DNA of 64,000 nucleotides from a virus (taxonomy: Duplodnaviria > Caudoviricetes). The notes under the pieces were generated by a model. The model did no database searches. It saw nothing but the letters and a program-made list of their open reading frames with translations, and was not told the DNA's origin. The stretch spans positions 128,001 to 192,000 of IMG/VR virus record IMGVR_UViG_3300037067_026010. One strand, given 5' to 3'. Positions 17,400 through 27,527 of the stretch are shown piece by piece (position 1 is the first letter of the stretch; each line of letters starts with the position of its first letter). Both the position numbers and the translations under genes were made by a program.

Positions 17400-18065
17400 T
17401 TAGCCGACGGGCATCACTGGAGTGTCCTCGTCTTCCACGGGCAATGGCAGCTCGATGGAATCCTCGTCGGCTGCCGCATCGACCGGCGGCGGCCGTACAA
17501 TAGTCGTGATCGGGCTCTCGCGGCCAACCCAGCCGTGCGCTTCCACTTCAACCTGGTCCGGCTGCGGCAATTGAAACAACGGCAACATTCCGAAAGGCGT
17601 CAAGAGGTGCCGCATCTCGCCCTTAGTAATCTGCAACCAATAGCCCATAAACGGAAATAGGGCTGTTTCCGTACCGACCAAGGCCGTAATTCGCTCGCAC
17701 AGCTGCTCGACGCGATCAAACACTTCCACGCTGGGCATCTCGTCCTCGGGAAGCCGCACCAGGTAAAATTTCTGGTCCTGCGCCATCCGTGACTGGAGTA
17801 ACTGGTGCAGCATGTATTGCGCTGGCGGCGCATGCCGAAACTTCTCGACCTCCGGTGCCAAGTCGGACTTGGCCTGGGCCACTTGTGCCAACACTTCGTT
17901 AAGCTGCCGGGTAGCTTCCACCACCTGGGCCGAGAGATCCTCGTAGCGGCCCGGTTGTGGCGGGCTGATCGGTTGCAGCAATGGCGCATCCTGCGCCTGG
18001 TTCGCTGCGGTTTCCGGCGTCTCCGGCGTCTGTCGCAACGGCATCGTTCGGTTTGTATTGCTCAT
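17400..18065 (-). CDS. Hypothetical protein
   Basis: 221 aa, GGAGG SD. Confidence 0.8.
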   Translation of the reverse strand: MSNTNRTMPLRQTPETPETAANQAQDAPLLQPISPPQPGRYEDLSAQVVEATRQLNEVLAQVAQAKSDLAPEVEKFRHAPPAQYMLHQLLQSRMAQDQKFYLVRLPEDEMPSVEVFDRVEQLCERITALVGTETALFPFMGYWLQITKGEMRHLLTPFGMLPLFQLPQPDQVEVEAHGWVGRESPITTIVRPPPVDAAADEDSIELPLPVEDEDTPVMPVG

Positions 18066-18315
18066 CGTCTACCTCCGCAGGCACATATAACACGGCCAAT
18101 CCAATTACGACGCATTTTACAGTCAGATCTTCGGTACACCAATGGGTATGCATCCCCAACTGTCCGGGATGCGTGATGGTTGCCGCTGTCTGCTGCAACC
18201 ACTCCGCCACCTGGACATCGATAGCCTTCTCTTCGGCAAGCACGCTCCAGGTTTCGGGAGTTTCCCGTTTGTAATGGATTTGCTGCAAAAATGTTTTTAT
18301 AAGCTGTCTTGTCAT
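17899..18315 (-). CDS. Hypothetical protein
   Basis: 138 aa; C-terminus overlaps the next gene. Confidence 0.6.
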   Translation of the reverse strand: MTRQLIKTFLQQIHYKRETPETWSVLAEEKAIDVQVAEWLQQTAATITHPGQLGMHTHWCTEDLTVKCVVIGLAVLYVPAEVDDEQYKPNDAVATDAGDAGNRSEPGAGCAIAATDQPATTGPLRGSLGPGGGSYPAA

Positions 18316-18317
18316 AT

Positions 18318-18662
18318 TCAGGAGTCCTGTTCCTCGGCCAGCGAGCGACTTTTTGCTTCCTGCATGGCCTTTGCACGCTCCCGTCTCTGCTCGCGCCGAC
18401 GATTGTATTCTGCCGGCGGAAGATCGAAGTTATGCCGCACGCTGGCGAGCTTGTCCAGATCGCTTATTTCCAGCGCGCCGTTATGCACGCTGACCCGCAC
18501 CAAATAACGCCGCTGCATTCCGCCGTCGCCTGTTATGGTGATATACCCGGCACCGGCCAGCACTTGACGCGTCGGAACGCGCACGGTCCATTCGCACCCG
18601 TCCTCTGTGGCCTTTAAGCCCTCCATTTCCATGGAAAGCGGCGCTTGAAACGATATTTTCAT
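18318..18662 (-). CDS. Hypothetical protein
   Basis: 114 aa, ATGA coupling. Confidence 0.75.
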   Translation of the reverse strand: MKISFQAPLSMEMEGLKATEDGCEWTVRVPTRQVLAGAGYITITGDGGMQRRYLVRVSVHNGALEISDLDKLASVRHNFDLPPAEYNRRREQRRERAKAMQEAKSRSLAEEQDS

Positions 18663-19336
18663 ACGATGTCCTTATTAGGGTAGATACGATCAGCTAGTGC
18701 TTGTGGGTCTGGGGGAGGTCCCAACACGGCCTCTGCCTCGCGCACGATGGCTTCATCCGGTTCCCGCAACGCCACGTGTGGCAGAGTACGCGGTGGATCC
18801 ACCGCAGGTGCCAGATATACCAGGTTACGATTTGTCGAAACTCCGAAAACTGTAATAGCTAAAATAGGCAGATCCCGTAACATCCGCAATTGCCCTAAGG
18901 CAGTCGAATCCACAATGCGTAATTCGTAATGAACGGCCCTCGCATAATGGTAACACTTCGTGTCGTACATGGCTACAGAGCCAAGATATCGCAGACACTC
19001 CGGCCAGCGCTCTCGACAAATGCCGTAAAGGCGGTAGTCCCAACGGATCGTTTCGCCGTCGAATGCTGTTTCGCCAAGACCTGTAAAAAATGGCGCGCCG
19101 GAGGAATCCACCGCGAAGGGCGCTGCTTCCGGCACAGATGCTGGAAGCAGCGCGTTAAACTCCCGCATCGGATCCCGGTCCAACCTGCCGTGTGTCACCA
19201 ACAGCGCCGGCGTGAAAAAGACACACTCCTCCGACATCTCGCCGAGGGTGTGAATTTTTGCCGGTTCCGGAGGCCTATCGTCAGCTTGGGCCAAGGCCGG
19301 GGCCACCACGAGCGGTTTGCCTTCGATCGGTTTCAT
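18659..19336 (-). CDS. Hypothetical protein
   Basis: 225 aa in operon. Confidence 0.8.
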   Translation of the reverse strand: MKPIEGKPLVVAPALAQADDRPPEPAKIHTLGEMSEECVFFTPALLVTHGRLDRDPMREFNALLPASVPEAAPFAVDSSGAPFFTGLGETAFDGETIRWDYRLYGICRERWPECLRYLGSVAMYDTKCYHYARAVHYELRIVDSTALGQLRMLRDLPILAITVFGVSTNRNLVYLAPAVDPPRTLPHVALREPDEAIVREAEAVLGPPPDPQALADRIYPNKDIV

Positions 19337-19343
19337 TAGTCAC

Positions 19344-20036
19344 CTACGCAGTTGCGGTCAGGCCTGCACGGAAGGCAAGCCCGTACGCAACCGTGGCCTG
19401 GCTACGTGCGTTAATTGTCAAATCATTCGGGCAGCTCACGCCCAGGAAATCACATAAACCGTAAATATCGATATCGCGATTACGGCATTCGCTGGGGACA
19501 ATCAGTTCAAAGGGGTCGCCCCACGGCGCCGGCGCCCATGTAGGATGCCGCCAAAGCCGCAGCCGGTTGCCCGGTCCAGCAAGTTGCTCGGTGATCTCGG
19601 CACGCACAGCATCCAGATGCATGATCTGCATCGTCGTACTGATATCGAGACCGTATAGGCTGATACCGAAATCATTCGCCGTCATTACCGGCGTCGGCAG
19701 TCCTTCGGGAAACACTGTAGCCAGCCAGTTTAATGTTCGCACCGAAACGGCGCCGGGGCTGTCGCCGGCTATGGCGACTGTCTCGAACGCGGGCTGTCCG
19801 GTCCGATCCAAGACACAGACACTGGTCAATGTGCCCGATACCGGGTAATTATGGCACTCCGCTTCCTGCTTCGCCCGCTTCTCCTGTTCCTCCTTCCTCA
19901 CCGAGTCCGGCAGCTTGCTGCGCGTCGCTACCGGGAGCATCAGAAACTGCCCCCAATCCGGCCGCCGCTGCCGTGTCGCCCCCAGGAAGTACTGCGCTCT
20001 CTGATTCGTCATCACGCTCCTCCGTTCGATTTGCAT
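19344..20036 (-). CDS. Hypothetical protein (possibly degenerate 3'-5' exonuclease fold)
   Basis: 230 aa; weak resemblance only (LYGLDI, IYGLCDFLGV). Confidence 0.6.
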   Translation of the reverse strand: MQIERRSVMTNQRAQYFLGATRQRRPDWGQFLMLPVATRSKLPDSVRKEEQEKRAKQEAECHNYPVSGTLTSVCVLDRTGQPAFETVAIAGDSPGAVSVRTLNWLATVFPEGLPTPVMTANDFGISLYGLDISTTMQIMHLDAVRAEITEQLAGPGNRLRLWRHPTWAPAPWGDPFELIVPSECRNRDIDIYGLCDFLGVSCPNDLTINARSQATVAYGLAFRAGLTATA

Positions 20037-20373
20037 CGGTCTGTTGTTTGACTATTGCCAAAACCGGAATGACGTGGCTCAACAGAGCCTGCTGCAACTC
20101 CTCGATGGCGAACGGCCGCACAGCTTTCTGCTCGGCTGACGCGACGAATGTTCGCGCGACAAGCTGTGGATTATCCACCTCCCAGCCGTGCAACAGCTCG
20201 TTGTCCAACATCGTCCGATAAACCATGTAAAGCTGCCGTGCGGAAACCATTCCCGCTACGGCCGCTTGTAAAATTTTGCTCTGCTGCAAAAGCGTACGGG
20301 CGTCTTCCGCCGCGTGTTCCAGTTCCTCGCGCGTTGGTCCCGATCTGTTCGGCCCTGGTGCGGGTTTTGCCAT
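19849..20373 (-). CDS. Hypothetical protein
   Basis: 174 aa from MAKPAP; acidic tail overlaps the next gene. Confidence 0.65.
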   Translation of the reverse strand: MAKPAPGPNRSGPTREELEHAAEDARTLLQQSKILQAAVAGMVSARQLYMVYRTMLDNELLHGWEVDNPQLVARTFVASAEQKAVRPFAIEELQQALLSHVIPVLAIVKQQTDANRTEERDDESESAVLPGGDTAAAAGLGAVSDAPGSDAQQAAGLGEEGGTGEAGEAGSGVP

Positions 20374-20389
20374 GGCATCTGTCCTTTCT

Positions 20390-20405
20390 CGGTAATTAAG
20401 CACCG
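20390..20405. promoter_or_regulatory. 16-bp motif, copy 4
   Basis: CGGTAATTAAGCACCG, intergenic. Confidence 0.75.
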
Positions 20406-20444
20406 CCTAATCTAAGCAATTCTGCCACGGCAGACAAGTGTTGT

Positions 20445-21170
20445 CTACGCTGTGGTATTCCCGGGCTGCGCCACGGCACCCTCCGAGTACAGCGTCACAG
20501 CGTAAGCGCAGAGCATCGCGGCATCCGCGATGTTATCCACGCCCGTCTGTTTGTAGGTTGCCGGATCCAGTTGAAAACCGAATGCAGCATTTGCCGCTGC
20601 GATCATGTCTTCTTTGCTGGCATTGCCGCGATGCGTGGCAAAAGACTTCAATTGGCTGCTGCTGATACCGTGGCACGGCACGCCCTGCTCCTCGCACCAG
20701 GTCGACACCGTAGCTTTAAGCGAGCCTAGAAACTCCGCGCCGCTCACCGCGCGCGACAGGATCATCGTCATGCTCTGCGTGCCTTTAGTCGGCAGGACGC
20801 TGCCGAAACGCGCGTCCTCGAGCATCACGAGATCGGGCTGCAATACCGCTAAGTATTGCCTGAGGCGCACGAGCCTTAACGGCCCGGAGTCGTAATCGCC
20901 GGAGCAACCGAGGTACCACTGTCCTGATGTAATCGTCGCCGCCGTCACGGGTTGACCCGGCACGATATCGCAAAAAGCAACGCCCGCGTGCGTCGCCAAA
21001 TCGAGACCTACGAAGCGCACGTGCGGGCGAATCACCCGCGGCAGCGTAAGCTCGTAAACTCGCGGATCCTTGGCAAGCGCCACTTTGCCTGTGGCCAGCT
21101 GTGTCACAAGCGCCGCCGCCAATTCCTCTATCGTAGCCTTCGGTTTAGCCGATTTTTTATCCGCTGCCAT
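20445..21170 (-). CDS. ruvC: RuvC-like Holliday junction resolvase
   Basis: VGLDLA, VMLEDA, QLKSFATHRGNASKEDM, DNIADA. Confidence 0.88.
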   Translation of the reverse strand: MAADKKSAKPKATIEELAAALVTQLATGKVALAKDPRVYELTLPRVIRPHVRFVGLDLATHAGVAFCDIVPGQPVTAATITSGQWYLGCSGDYDSGPLRLVRLRQYLAVLQPDLVMLEDARFGSVLPTKGTQSMTMILSRAVSGAEFLGSLKATVSTWCEEQGVPCHGISSSQLKSFATHRGNASKEDMIAAANAAFGFQLDPATYKQTGVDNIADAAMLCAYAVTLYSEGAVAQPGNTTA

Positions 21171-21192
21171 ACTGCCTTGCACCTTGTCCGAT

Positions 21193-21429
21193 TTAATCCT
21201 TGTCGAAATCGACGGCTACTTCCACCTTTACCGGTTCGCCGTTCTGAAATTGCACCAGCTTTGTGCAGATTGCCGGCGTGCCGATATCACGGTGCCACAA
21301 CACCAGTATGTCGTCCGGCGGCTGATCGCCGAGCGTATTTGCAAAATCCAACGCAGCTTGCCGGTCGGCAAACAATTTGATCGGCAAATCGTCCATGAGG
21401 AACGTTTGCACTACTAAATATCCGTCCAT
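21193..21429 (-). CDS. Hypothetical protein
   Basis: 78 aa from MDGYLV, GAGGAG SD. Confidence 0.7.
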   Translation of the reverse strand: MDGYLVVQTFLMDDLPIKLFADRQAALDFANTLGDQPPDDILVLWHRDIGTPAICTKLVQFQNGEPVKVEVAVDFDKD

Positions 21430-21436
21430 TTTCTCC

Positions 21437-22255
21437 TCAATCCTTTCCTGCGGCAGACAATGCCGAGATAAGCTGTCTATAGGTCTCAAGCAAATGCGAT
21501 GTACACACACAGTCGAACGCGGCCTGATGTGCGTGGGCCATATCCAGATGGTAACGCTCCGCTAAAGCATACTTCTGCGTGCAGTGCCGATCAAGTGACC
21601 AAGTCACACCGCGTATGCGCTGGGCGTTTATTCTGGCAAACCAGTCGTCCAGCGTTTCCGCCGCATACGGCGGATAATTCAACCCGGCCGCCTTCTCCAT
21701 GAGGCCGGTGTCCAGTACGGAGTTCGGACGCCACGGCAAACGGTAGCCGTCCATAAAGCGATCCATGTAACCGTTAAGCATCGCACGGTCAAACCTCCAA
21801 AGGTTATGGCCGACGATGCACACGCCGTTTTCTATGCAATTAAATAATCGATGCACGAGTTCCCCCAAGCCCTGCCAGGCCGCTACGCCCTCTTGGCAGA
21901 GCATGTCCCACGTAAAGCGATAATCCTTGCCCTGGCTCACCATGCCGTTTCGCGCCTTCTCCAGGCGCCGGCAGAAATCCTCCTTGCTTACGGGCATAGC
22001 CGACCAGTCCAGCAATTGATAACCGGAATCGGTAATCCGGCGCTGCCGTATCTCGGCCCAGCCGATTTCCACGATATAATCGCTATTCGGGTCGAATCCC
22101 GTCGTTTCAAAATCGACGACGAGATAGTCTTCCGGCAGCACCTGACGGCTGGCGAAGCCTCGCAGCATTTCAGAGGTGCCGCAGAACCACTCCGGCATCG
22201 GACGCTCCGCGTCATAACGCTGCCACGCCGATGCCAGGGCGTCGGCTAGGGTCAC
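21437..22255 (-). CDS. DEDDh 3'-5' exonuclease (DnaQ-like)
   Basis: VVDFETTG, VGHNLWRFD, AHQAAFD; start set at GTGA overlap. Confidence 0.9.
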   Translation of the reverse strand: MTLADALASAWQRYDAERPMPEWFCGTSEMLRGFASRQVLPEDYLVVDFETTGFDPNSDYIVEIGWAEIRQRRITDSGYQLLDWSAMPVSKEDFCRRLEKARNGMVSQGKDYRFTWDMLCQEGVAAWQGLGELVHRLFNCIENGVCIVGHNLWRFDRAMLNGYMDRFMDGYRLPWRPNSVLDTGLMEKAAGLNYPPYAAETLDDWFARINAQRIRGVTWSLDRHCTQKYALAERYHLDMAHAHQAAFDCVCTSHLLETYRQLISALSAAGKD

Positions 22256-22956
22256 GGATCCCGATTCAACAACCGCTTCCACCATGGTCGTTTCCTCCAC
22301 GCGCGTTTGAAGTCTTCCATGGCCGCCTGCTGCCTTGTTATCACAGCGTGTCGAAATTCTACGAATTCCGCAGACTTTCGTGAGATCGCGTGTTTGCATT
22401 GCGCCAGCTCGGCCTTCGTGGTTTCCAGTTCGGCTTTCAGCCCGTCGGCAATCACAGGATCGTCCTCGTTGCAGCCTTGGCACCACGCTGCCAAAGCCCG
22501 GCCGGAGCCAAGCATCTGTGCCAGCTCCACTTCCGGGGGCACGCCCGCAAAGAACGGCGTCACGTCGCGCAACGCCACGAAAAAGCCGCCCGTCATCGTG
22601 GCGCCGATACGGCTATAGATCAGTAATTGCGCCAGCTGCGGCATATCCAAAAATCCGCTGCGCCGTAAAGCGTCTTCCGGCGAAGAGATTTCGGGATCGT
22701 GCACAAAAGACTCGTGCGCGGCTACAAAGCGCTCCACGGCCAAACCGAGCGTTTCGAAGTCCAAACCTTGCTGCTGCATCAGGTCTTTGGCGTACGGGCC
22801 TATATGCTCCGGTTGCAGACCAAAAAACGCCTCGCGAACGGCGGGGGCATAAATATAGGCAAGATCGCGCTGCGGCGCGTACATCGGCGCGCTCGGATCG
22901 CCCTTGGGTCGGAACTGCGCAATATTGCGCTTTGGGGGTTGTATAGATTCCGTCAT
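22252..22956 (-). CDS. Hypothetical protein with coiled coil
   Basis: 234 aa, ends RPWWKRLL. Confidence 0.8.
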   Translation of the reverse strand: MTESIQPPKRNIAQFRPKGDPSAPMYAPQRDLAYIYAPAVREAFFGLQPEHIGPYAKDLMQQQGLDFETLGLAVERFVAAHESFVHDPEISSPEDALRRSGFLDMPQLAQLLIYSRIGATMTGGFFVALRDVTPFFAGVPPEVELAQMLGSGRALAAWCQGCNEDDPVIADGLKAELETTKAELAQCKHAISRKSAEFVEFRHAVITRQQAAMEDFKRAWRKRPWWKRLLNRDP

Positions 22957-23201
22957 GACGTTTCTTCCTTCCTACCGGTTTCGACGATGCGGAATACCAG
23001 TGCTTCCGCCGTCACGGTCAAAACGGCATCATACGGTGCATGCAACGACACGGATACGCCAAAAACTTCAGCCAGCCGGAGCAGCGAGCGCATCAGCGCC
23101 CGCACGTACTCCAGCTTCGCAAGCTGCTCCGACTCCATTTTTCTGCGCCGCTTCTTCGTTGGTTTCGCTGCCCGTTTGGTCGCTTTGCGTTGTTTGCTCA
23201 T
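22953..23201 (-). CDS. Small basic hypothetical protein
   Basis: 82 aa from MSKQRK. Confidence 0.6.
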   Translation of the reverse strand: MSKQRKATKRAAKPTKKRRRKMESEQLAKLEYVRALMRSLLRLAEVFGVSVSLHAPYDAVLTVTAEALVFRIVETGRKEETS

Positions 23202-23595
23202 GGCCTTCGCACCTTTCCGCCCGCAGTTGGTGATATTCTTGGATCGCCGCATCCCATCCCGCCTGCACCGGCACAGCATATGCTTGCCGGTTTTCTTCGG
23301 TGATGAGCAACCCTGTTTTGCAATACGCATAAACATATTCGGGGCGCATGCCGCTGCGCAACATGGCTTTCGCCGCCTCGCGGCGTGGGCCAAGTATGTC
23401 GTTTGCTACCGGTTGCGGCAGCGCTGCCTCCTGCCGTAAGCGCCGCGGGGCGCCGACTTTGCGCCGGCCGCGCGCAAGACAGCATGCTTTGAATTTCCGC
23501 TTGCTGCCGCAGGGGCAGGGGTCGTTTCTTTTTACGCGCGGCGGCCGACGATACGGTTCCGCGCCTTGGCGACGTACGCTATTCTGCATGTACAT
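23068..23595 (-). CDS. SEC-C motif protein
   Basis: RNDPCPCGSKRKFKACC. Confidence 0.8.
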   Translation of the reverse strand: MYMQNSVRRQGAEPYRRPPRVKRNDPCPCGSKRKFKACCLARGRRKVGAPRRLRQEAALPQPVANDILGPRREAAKAMLRSGMRPEYVYAYCKTGLLITEENRQAYAVPVQAGWDAAIQEYHQLRAERCEGHEQTTQSDQTGSETNEEAAQKNGVGAACEAGVRAGADALAAPAG

Positions 23596-24937
23596 GTTGT
23601 CCTCCGGTATCCGAACTTAAAACAATTATGGATTGCTCCCAAAATCTTTGAAGGGCGTACGTAGCACAACGGCTCTGAAACTGCGCGCCGGTTTCACCTT
23701 CGCCCTGTTGCACCAAACTGTCCCAGTCCTCGGGCCAGTCTTGCACGATGCGCTTGCACAGCTGATAGCGTCCTGCACTATCCAAACATTCCATTTTTAC
23801 AATACGGTCGATGCGTCCCGGTCTAGTTGTTGTACCATTATCCGCAATGCTGCCAAGTGCCGAGTCCAAGGCGTCAGGATTGTTCGTCGTCAGCATGAGC
23901 AAAATACCGGCAGTCGCCTCCACACCGTCTATACAATTCAGAAGGCAATCAAACGTCAGATGCCCTCCTGCGATGTTTTTACGCTGATGGAAAACAGCAT
24001 CAATATCCTCTATTAACGCCAAACAGGGCGTGTCGTGGCACATAGCCTGCCACTCCCGCTGTAGCTCACTATCGTAAAGCGTCGCCAAATGAAACACGTA
24101 GACCGGCAAATCCGTATCTTCCGCGATCGCCCGCACCACCGAGGTCTTGCCTGTGCCAGGCGGCCCGTGCCAGACACAACCGAAGCGCCACGGGATACCC
24201 CGTGCCCTATACCACTCCGCATTTTTGACCCAGTGGCGTATCTCATCATTTACGTTTTTCGCTTCTTCTGATAGGGCCAAATTATTTATGGCACAGCCCT
24301 GCGAGACGGGCACACCCAGTTCCGACGGCGACCATGCCAGCACGCGCAACCATTCCCACGGAGACAGGCCAGCCGATGGCCCCTCCCTATTATACAGCAC
24401 ACTAGGGTTCTGCATTTGGGTCTTGCCGTCGGTGCCGAATATCTGGCGCACTGTAAAGCGGCGACAAGTCGCCTGCACGGCAAAGCGGCTATTGTACATG
24501 CGCACCGCCTCGTTGACAAAACCATCCATAGACCATGTGCCACGTAGAAATCGCACGGTCAGCGCCGAGTCACTGCTAAATTGCGCAGTTGGTTTTTCGT
24601 TAGTATTTCCGCTTTGCAATGTGCCCAGCCATATAGGGCGCCAACCTTTCCAAAATAACTTGCCGCCACGTCCAACACCCTCGGACGCGATTAGCTGAAC
24701 GCGCTCTAATGGCCGCACCCAGACATACCACCCCATATATGACCGTTGACCGAGCGTGGATGCCAGGAGATGCCGCCAGCAATAGTGCTGCACGGCGGTA
24801 CTAACAGCCGGATCCAGCTCAAAAGATACTACCAACACACTGGACACGTATCCCCAGAAACCCCTGAAGTATCCCCATACGACAGCCAGTCCGCCTGCCA
24901 AGGTTGCTACGCCTGCCATAAGCCACGCTGTTCCCAT
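23579..24937 (-). CDS. Membrane-anchored AAA+ ATPase (BCS1-like)
   Basis: N-terminal hydrophobic helix; WYRARGIPWR, GPPGTGKT, LIEDID, LLNCIDG, TTN, RPGRID. Confidence 0.9.
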   Translation of the reverse strand: MGTAWLMAGVATLAGGLAVVWGYFRGFWGYVSSVLVVSFELDPAVSTAVQHYCWRHLLASTLGQRSYMGWYVWVRPLERVQLIASEGVGRGGKLFWKGWRPIWLGTLQSGNTNEKPTAQFSSDSALTVRFLRGTWSMDGFVNEAVRMYNSRFAVQATCRRFTVRQIFGTDGKTQMQNPSVLYNREGPSAGLSPWEWLRVLAWSPSELGVPVSQGCAINNLALSEEAKNVNDEIRHWVKNAEWYRARGIPWRFGCVWHGPPGTGKTSVVRAIAEDTDLPVYVFHLATLYDSELQREWQAMCHDTPCLALIEDIDAVFHQRKNIAGGHLTFDCLLNCIDGVEATAGILLMLTTNNPDALDSALGSIADNGTTTRPGRIDRIVKMECLDSAGRYQLCKRIVQDWPEDWDSLVQQGEGETGAQFQSRCATYALQRFWEQSIIVLSSDTGGQHVHAE

Positions 24938-24946
24938 TTCGTACTC

Positions 24947-25810
24947 CTATCCTACCTGCTGCGGCTGCAGCCGGCAGCGTTCCCTGTTGTCACACTCCAC
25001 GCAACGCACGGCACGCCGTTCCGGATCGAAATACTGTATCTGACCGCAACCGTCGCACTGCTGCTGTACATACGTGTCCCGGTGGCACCCGGCCGGGCAC
25101 TCGGCATAGCCTACGGCGCACACATCGCAGCTGTGCGTGAACCCATGCGGGCACTCGGCGCCGGCTCGACAACGTAAGCGCAAGACTTGCTCGCGATTCC
25201 AGCGCTTCACCGACGCAGGACACTGCACTTGGAAAAAGCGCGGTGTCCGGGTGCTCCGCAATTGCTCTATTAAGGCCGTCAGCCGCAAGCCGACTAGCTG
25301 CAAACTCCGCCGGTACGGATAACTGCGCCACGGCGCCGAGAACCCTGCATTTCGTGCAATGATACTGGCAGCGCCTTCGGTCCAAAAAGTCTCCAGGGTC
25401 ATCGGACAGCACGTGCCCGACAGCGCCCGAAACATGAAATAATGACCGAATTTGCCCCGCATCGTGCGCCCCGGCAGCGCCCCTACAACTTGAAGCGGGA
25501 CCCATTCGTCGGCAAGCTGCGCCTGCCAAGGTCGTACCGGCGTATGCGTCTGCAGCAGTCGCACATTGCCGGCCAGCCGCCACGCCAGCACTAAACAGTC
25601 CTCGCCCGTCAATGTGCGTCCGATCAAATGCCGCAGTGACTCGTACAGCGTATCCAACCGCACGCCGGGCATGCACTGATGCAGCCTACGCAACAGTTGT
25701 TCCAGCGCATCCGCACTCAACGGCTGGCCGGCAGCCATATCGAACTGCACGCGCAGGCGATCCCGCATTTGAAAAATACGTGTAAGCGGAAAAATCGGAG
25801 CCTCGTCCAT
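24947..25810 (-). CDS. Hypothetical protein with Cys-rich C-terminus
   Basis: 287 aa, multiple CxxC. Confidence 0.8.
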   Translation of the reverse strand: MDEAPIFPLTRIFQMRDRLRVQFDMAAGQPLSADALEQLLRRLHQCMPGVRLDTLYESLRHLIGRTLTGEDCLVLAWRLAGNVRLLQTHTPVRPWQAQLADEWVPLQVVGALPGRTMRGKFGHYFMFRALSGTCCPMTLETFWTEGAASIIARNAGFSAPWRSYPYRRSLQLVGLRLTALIEQLRSTRTPRFFQVQCPASVKRWNREQVLRLRCRAGAECPHGFTHSCDVCAVGYAECPAGCHRDTYVQQQCDGCGQIQYFDPERRAVRCVECDNRERCRLQPQQVG

Positions 25811-25813
25811 AAA

Positions 25814-25966
25814 TCACCGCCGCTCCAGCCCCTGCGGGCCTCGCGCCACGAGACGGGGGCAACTTCCGCACGTTTCAGGGGCCTTTTCCGTTTCCTGTGG
25901 CTTTGCCGCTTTGGTTGCCCGCTTCGCTTTCTTCGCTGCGCGTTTTTTCGCTGATTTCTTTGCCAT
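25814..25966 (-). CDS. Small Lys/Ala-rich protein
   Basis: 50 aa MAKKSAKKRAAKKAK. Confidence 0.55.
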   Translation of the reverse strand: MAKKSAKKRAAKKAKRATKAAKPQETEKAPETCGSCPRLVARGPQGLERR

Positions 25967-25971
25967 GATTT

Positions 25972-26376
25972 TCACGGAGTAGTTTCTTGTGCCTGTTCGC
26001 CAGTTACGCAACCCCTGGAAGCGGCTCCCGCCCTATCCGCGGCTGCCTGCTGCGCGTCGTTGCAAAGCTGTACTCCGGCCGATGCAATAGTCTGCAATCG
26101 TTCCCATAGCCGGATAATGTGGCCGCCCAAACGGCCGTCCAGTAGATTGCGCACTTCTTCCAGGTACGCATCGGGGGTATCGTCCAACGATAGCCGACTC
26201 TCCAACGGACCTAGACGAAGCACCAACGCCGCCCGCCCGCCAGGCGGTACCTCTGCTGCTTCCGCAAGCTGCTCGCGTAATTCGCGAAAAAGCCGCGTGG
26301 CGTTCACCAGCTCTACGGCGGTATTACAGGCGTCTTCGCTCGCTCGTTCCAATCGTGTTTTCTCGCAGGTACTCAT
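25972..26376 (-). CDS. Hypothetical protein
   Basis: 134 aa. Confidence 0.75.
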   Translation of the reverse strand: MSTCEKTRLERASEDACNTAVELVNATRLFRELREQLAEAAEVPPGGRAALVLRLGPLESRLSLDDTPDAYLEEVRNLLDGRLGGHIIRLWERLQTIASAGVQLCNDAQQAAADRAGAASRGCVTGEQAQETTP

Positions 26377-26385
26377 TTTTTTTTC

Positions 26386-26805
26386 TCACTTGAAAAGCAG
26401 GCCGACGCCTGCCCAGAATTGCCAATAGGTTTCATCGCCGTCGCACACCTGCTGCACCGGCTGGCCGATTGCCAAATGCAAGCGTTGCACCTGTTCCGGT
26501 GCTATGGAGAGCCCGCAGCGCAGTCCGAGCTGCAGCATATAACCGAGAGCCGCCTCCGGTACGGCGGCCAGCCGATATGGAAATAGTGGAATCATGACGT
26601 GCGTACCTTGTATGCAGTAACGCCAGTCAATCGGCTTGTCCATGGCTATAGGACTGTACGCACTGTGCCATTTTGCCGCTGCATCCTTCGCAAATAGATC
26701 CTTCGGCAGCTCCTCGATATACCCCGGCCGAGCTCCGGACAGCGCCTTCGGATATTTCGCCAAATCCACAAAATGATACGTCGTCTCCATAGTCGCTCCG
26801 ATCAC
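26386..26805 (-). CDS. Hypothetical protein
   Basis: 139 aa. Confidence 0.75.
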   Translation of the reverse strand: MIGATMETTYHFVDLAKYPKALSGARPGYIEELPKDLFAKDAAAKWHSAYSPIAMDKPIDWRYCIQGTHVMIPLFPYRLAAVPEAALGYMLQLGLRCGLSIAPEQVQRLHLAIGQPVQQVCDGDETYWQFWAGVGLLFK

Positions 26806-27527
26806 GGTTCATAAAAATAACCCAGCGGCTTATTGTTCGGGCCGCGCCGCTGTGCGCTGGATTCTCGCCCATTCGCGTCGGCGTTGATCGCCAGACCTTC
26901 GCGGAATGCTCCGATACGGTAGCCCTGCTGCAAACATAACGCGCCCAGAATAACATCCTCGCCGCAGGTCCCGTAATTCATATCCAAAAATGGAAAATCG
27001 TGCCGCTTCAAAATCTCGGTACGAATGGTCCACCATCCCCCGGTAGGAAAGAATATGAACTGCCTCGGCTGTACCGGCACGCCTTTGTACCACGGCTGGT
27101 CGCGCAGCCACAAGTGCTGGTTTCCCGCCAGCCTACAGCGATACATGGCACCGATCAGGTCTGCAGTGCGCATGGCATCCAGGACCATGCCCAGCCAGTT
27201 TTCGTAGACCCCGATACGATAAGAATCGTCGTCGAACCACATAACGTAGGGCGTCGTCACCGGTGCCGCGCCATGAAACATCTGCCGCATCATCGGACAT
27301 TTGTAAATGTTCGTTTCCGACGGGTAAAGCAGCACGGTGCCATTCGCCGCCTGCCAATCCCGGCAGAAAGCGTCCACGATGTCTCGGGTGGCCGCGCTTA
27401 CCGCGTTCAGCCCGATACGCAGCTCGCACGGCTCCTTTGGCAAAGACCGCAAGGAATCCAGGCATCTGCTGGCCAGTTGTGGATAGTCTCCGTAAAGCAA
27501 CGCACAAATCGTAACATCCTTATTCAT
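26802..27527 (-). CDS. GT-A (GT2-like) glycosyltransferase
   Basis: VTICAL...CLDSL, YVMWFDDDSY (DxD), GEDV. Confidence 0.8.
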   Translation of the reverse strand: MNKDVTICALLYGDYPQLASRCLDSLRSLPKEPCELRIGLNAVSAATRDIVDAFCRDWQAANGTVLLYPSETNIYKCPMMRQMFHGAAPVTTPYVMWFDDDSYRIGVYENWLGMVLDAMRTADLIGAMYRCRLAGNQHLWLRDQPWYKGVPVQPRQFIFFPTGGWWTIRTEILKRHDFPFLDMNYGTCGEDVILGALCLQQGYRIGAFREGLAINADANGRESSAQRRGPNNKPLGYFYEP

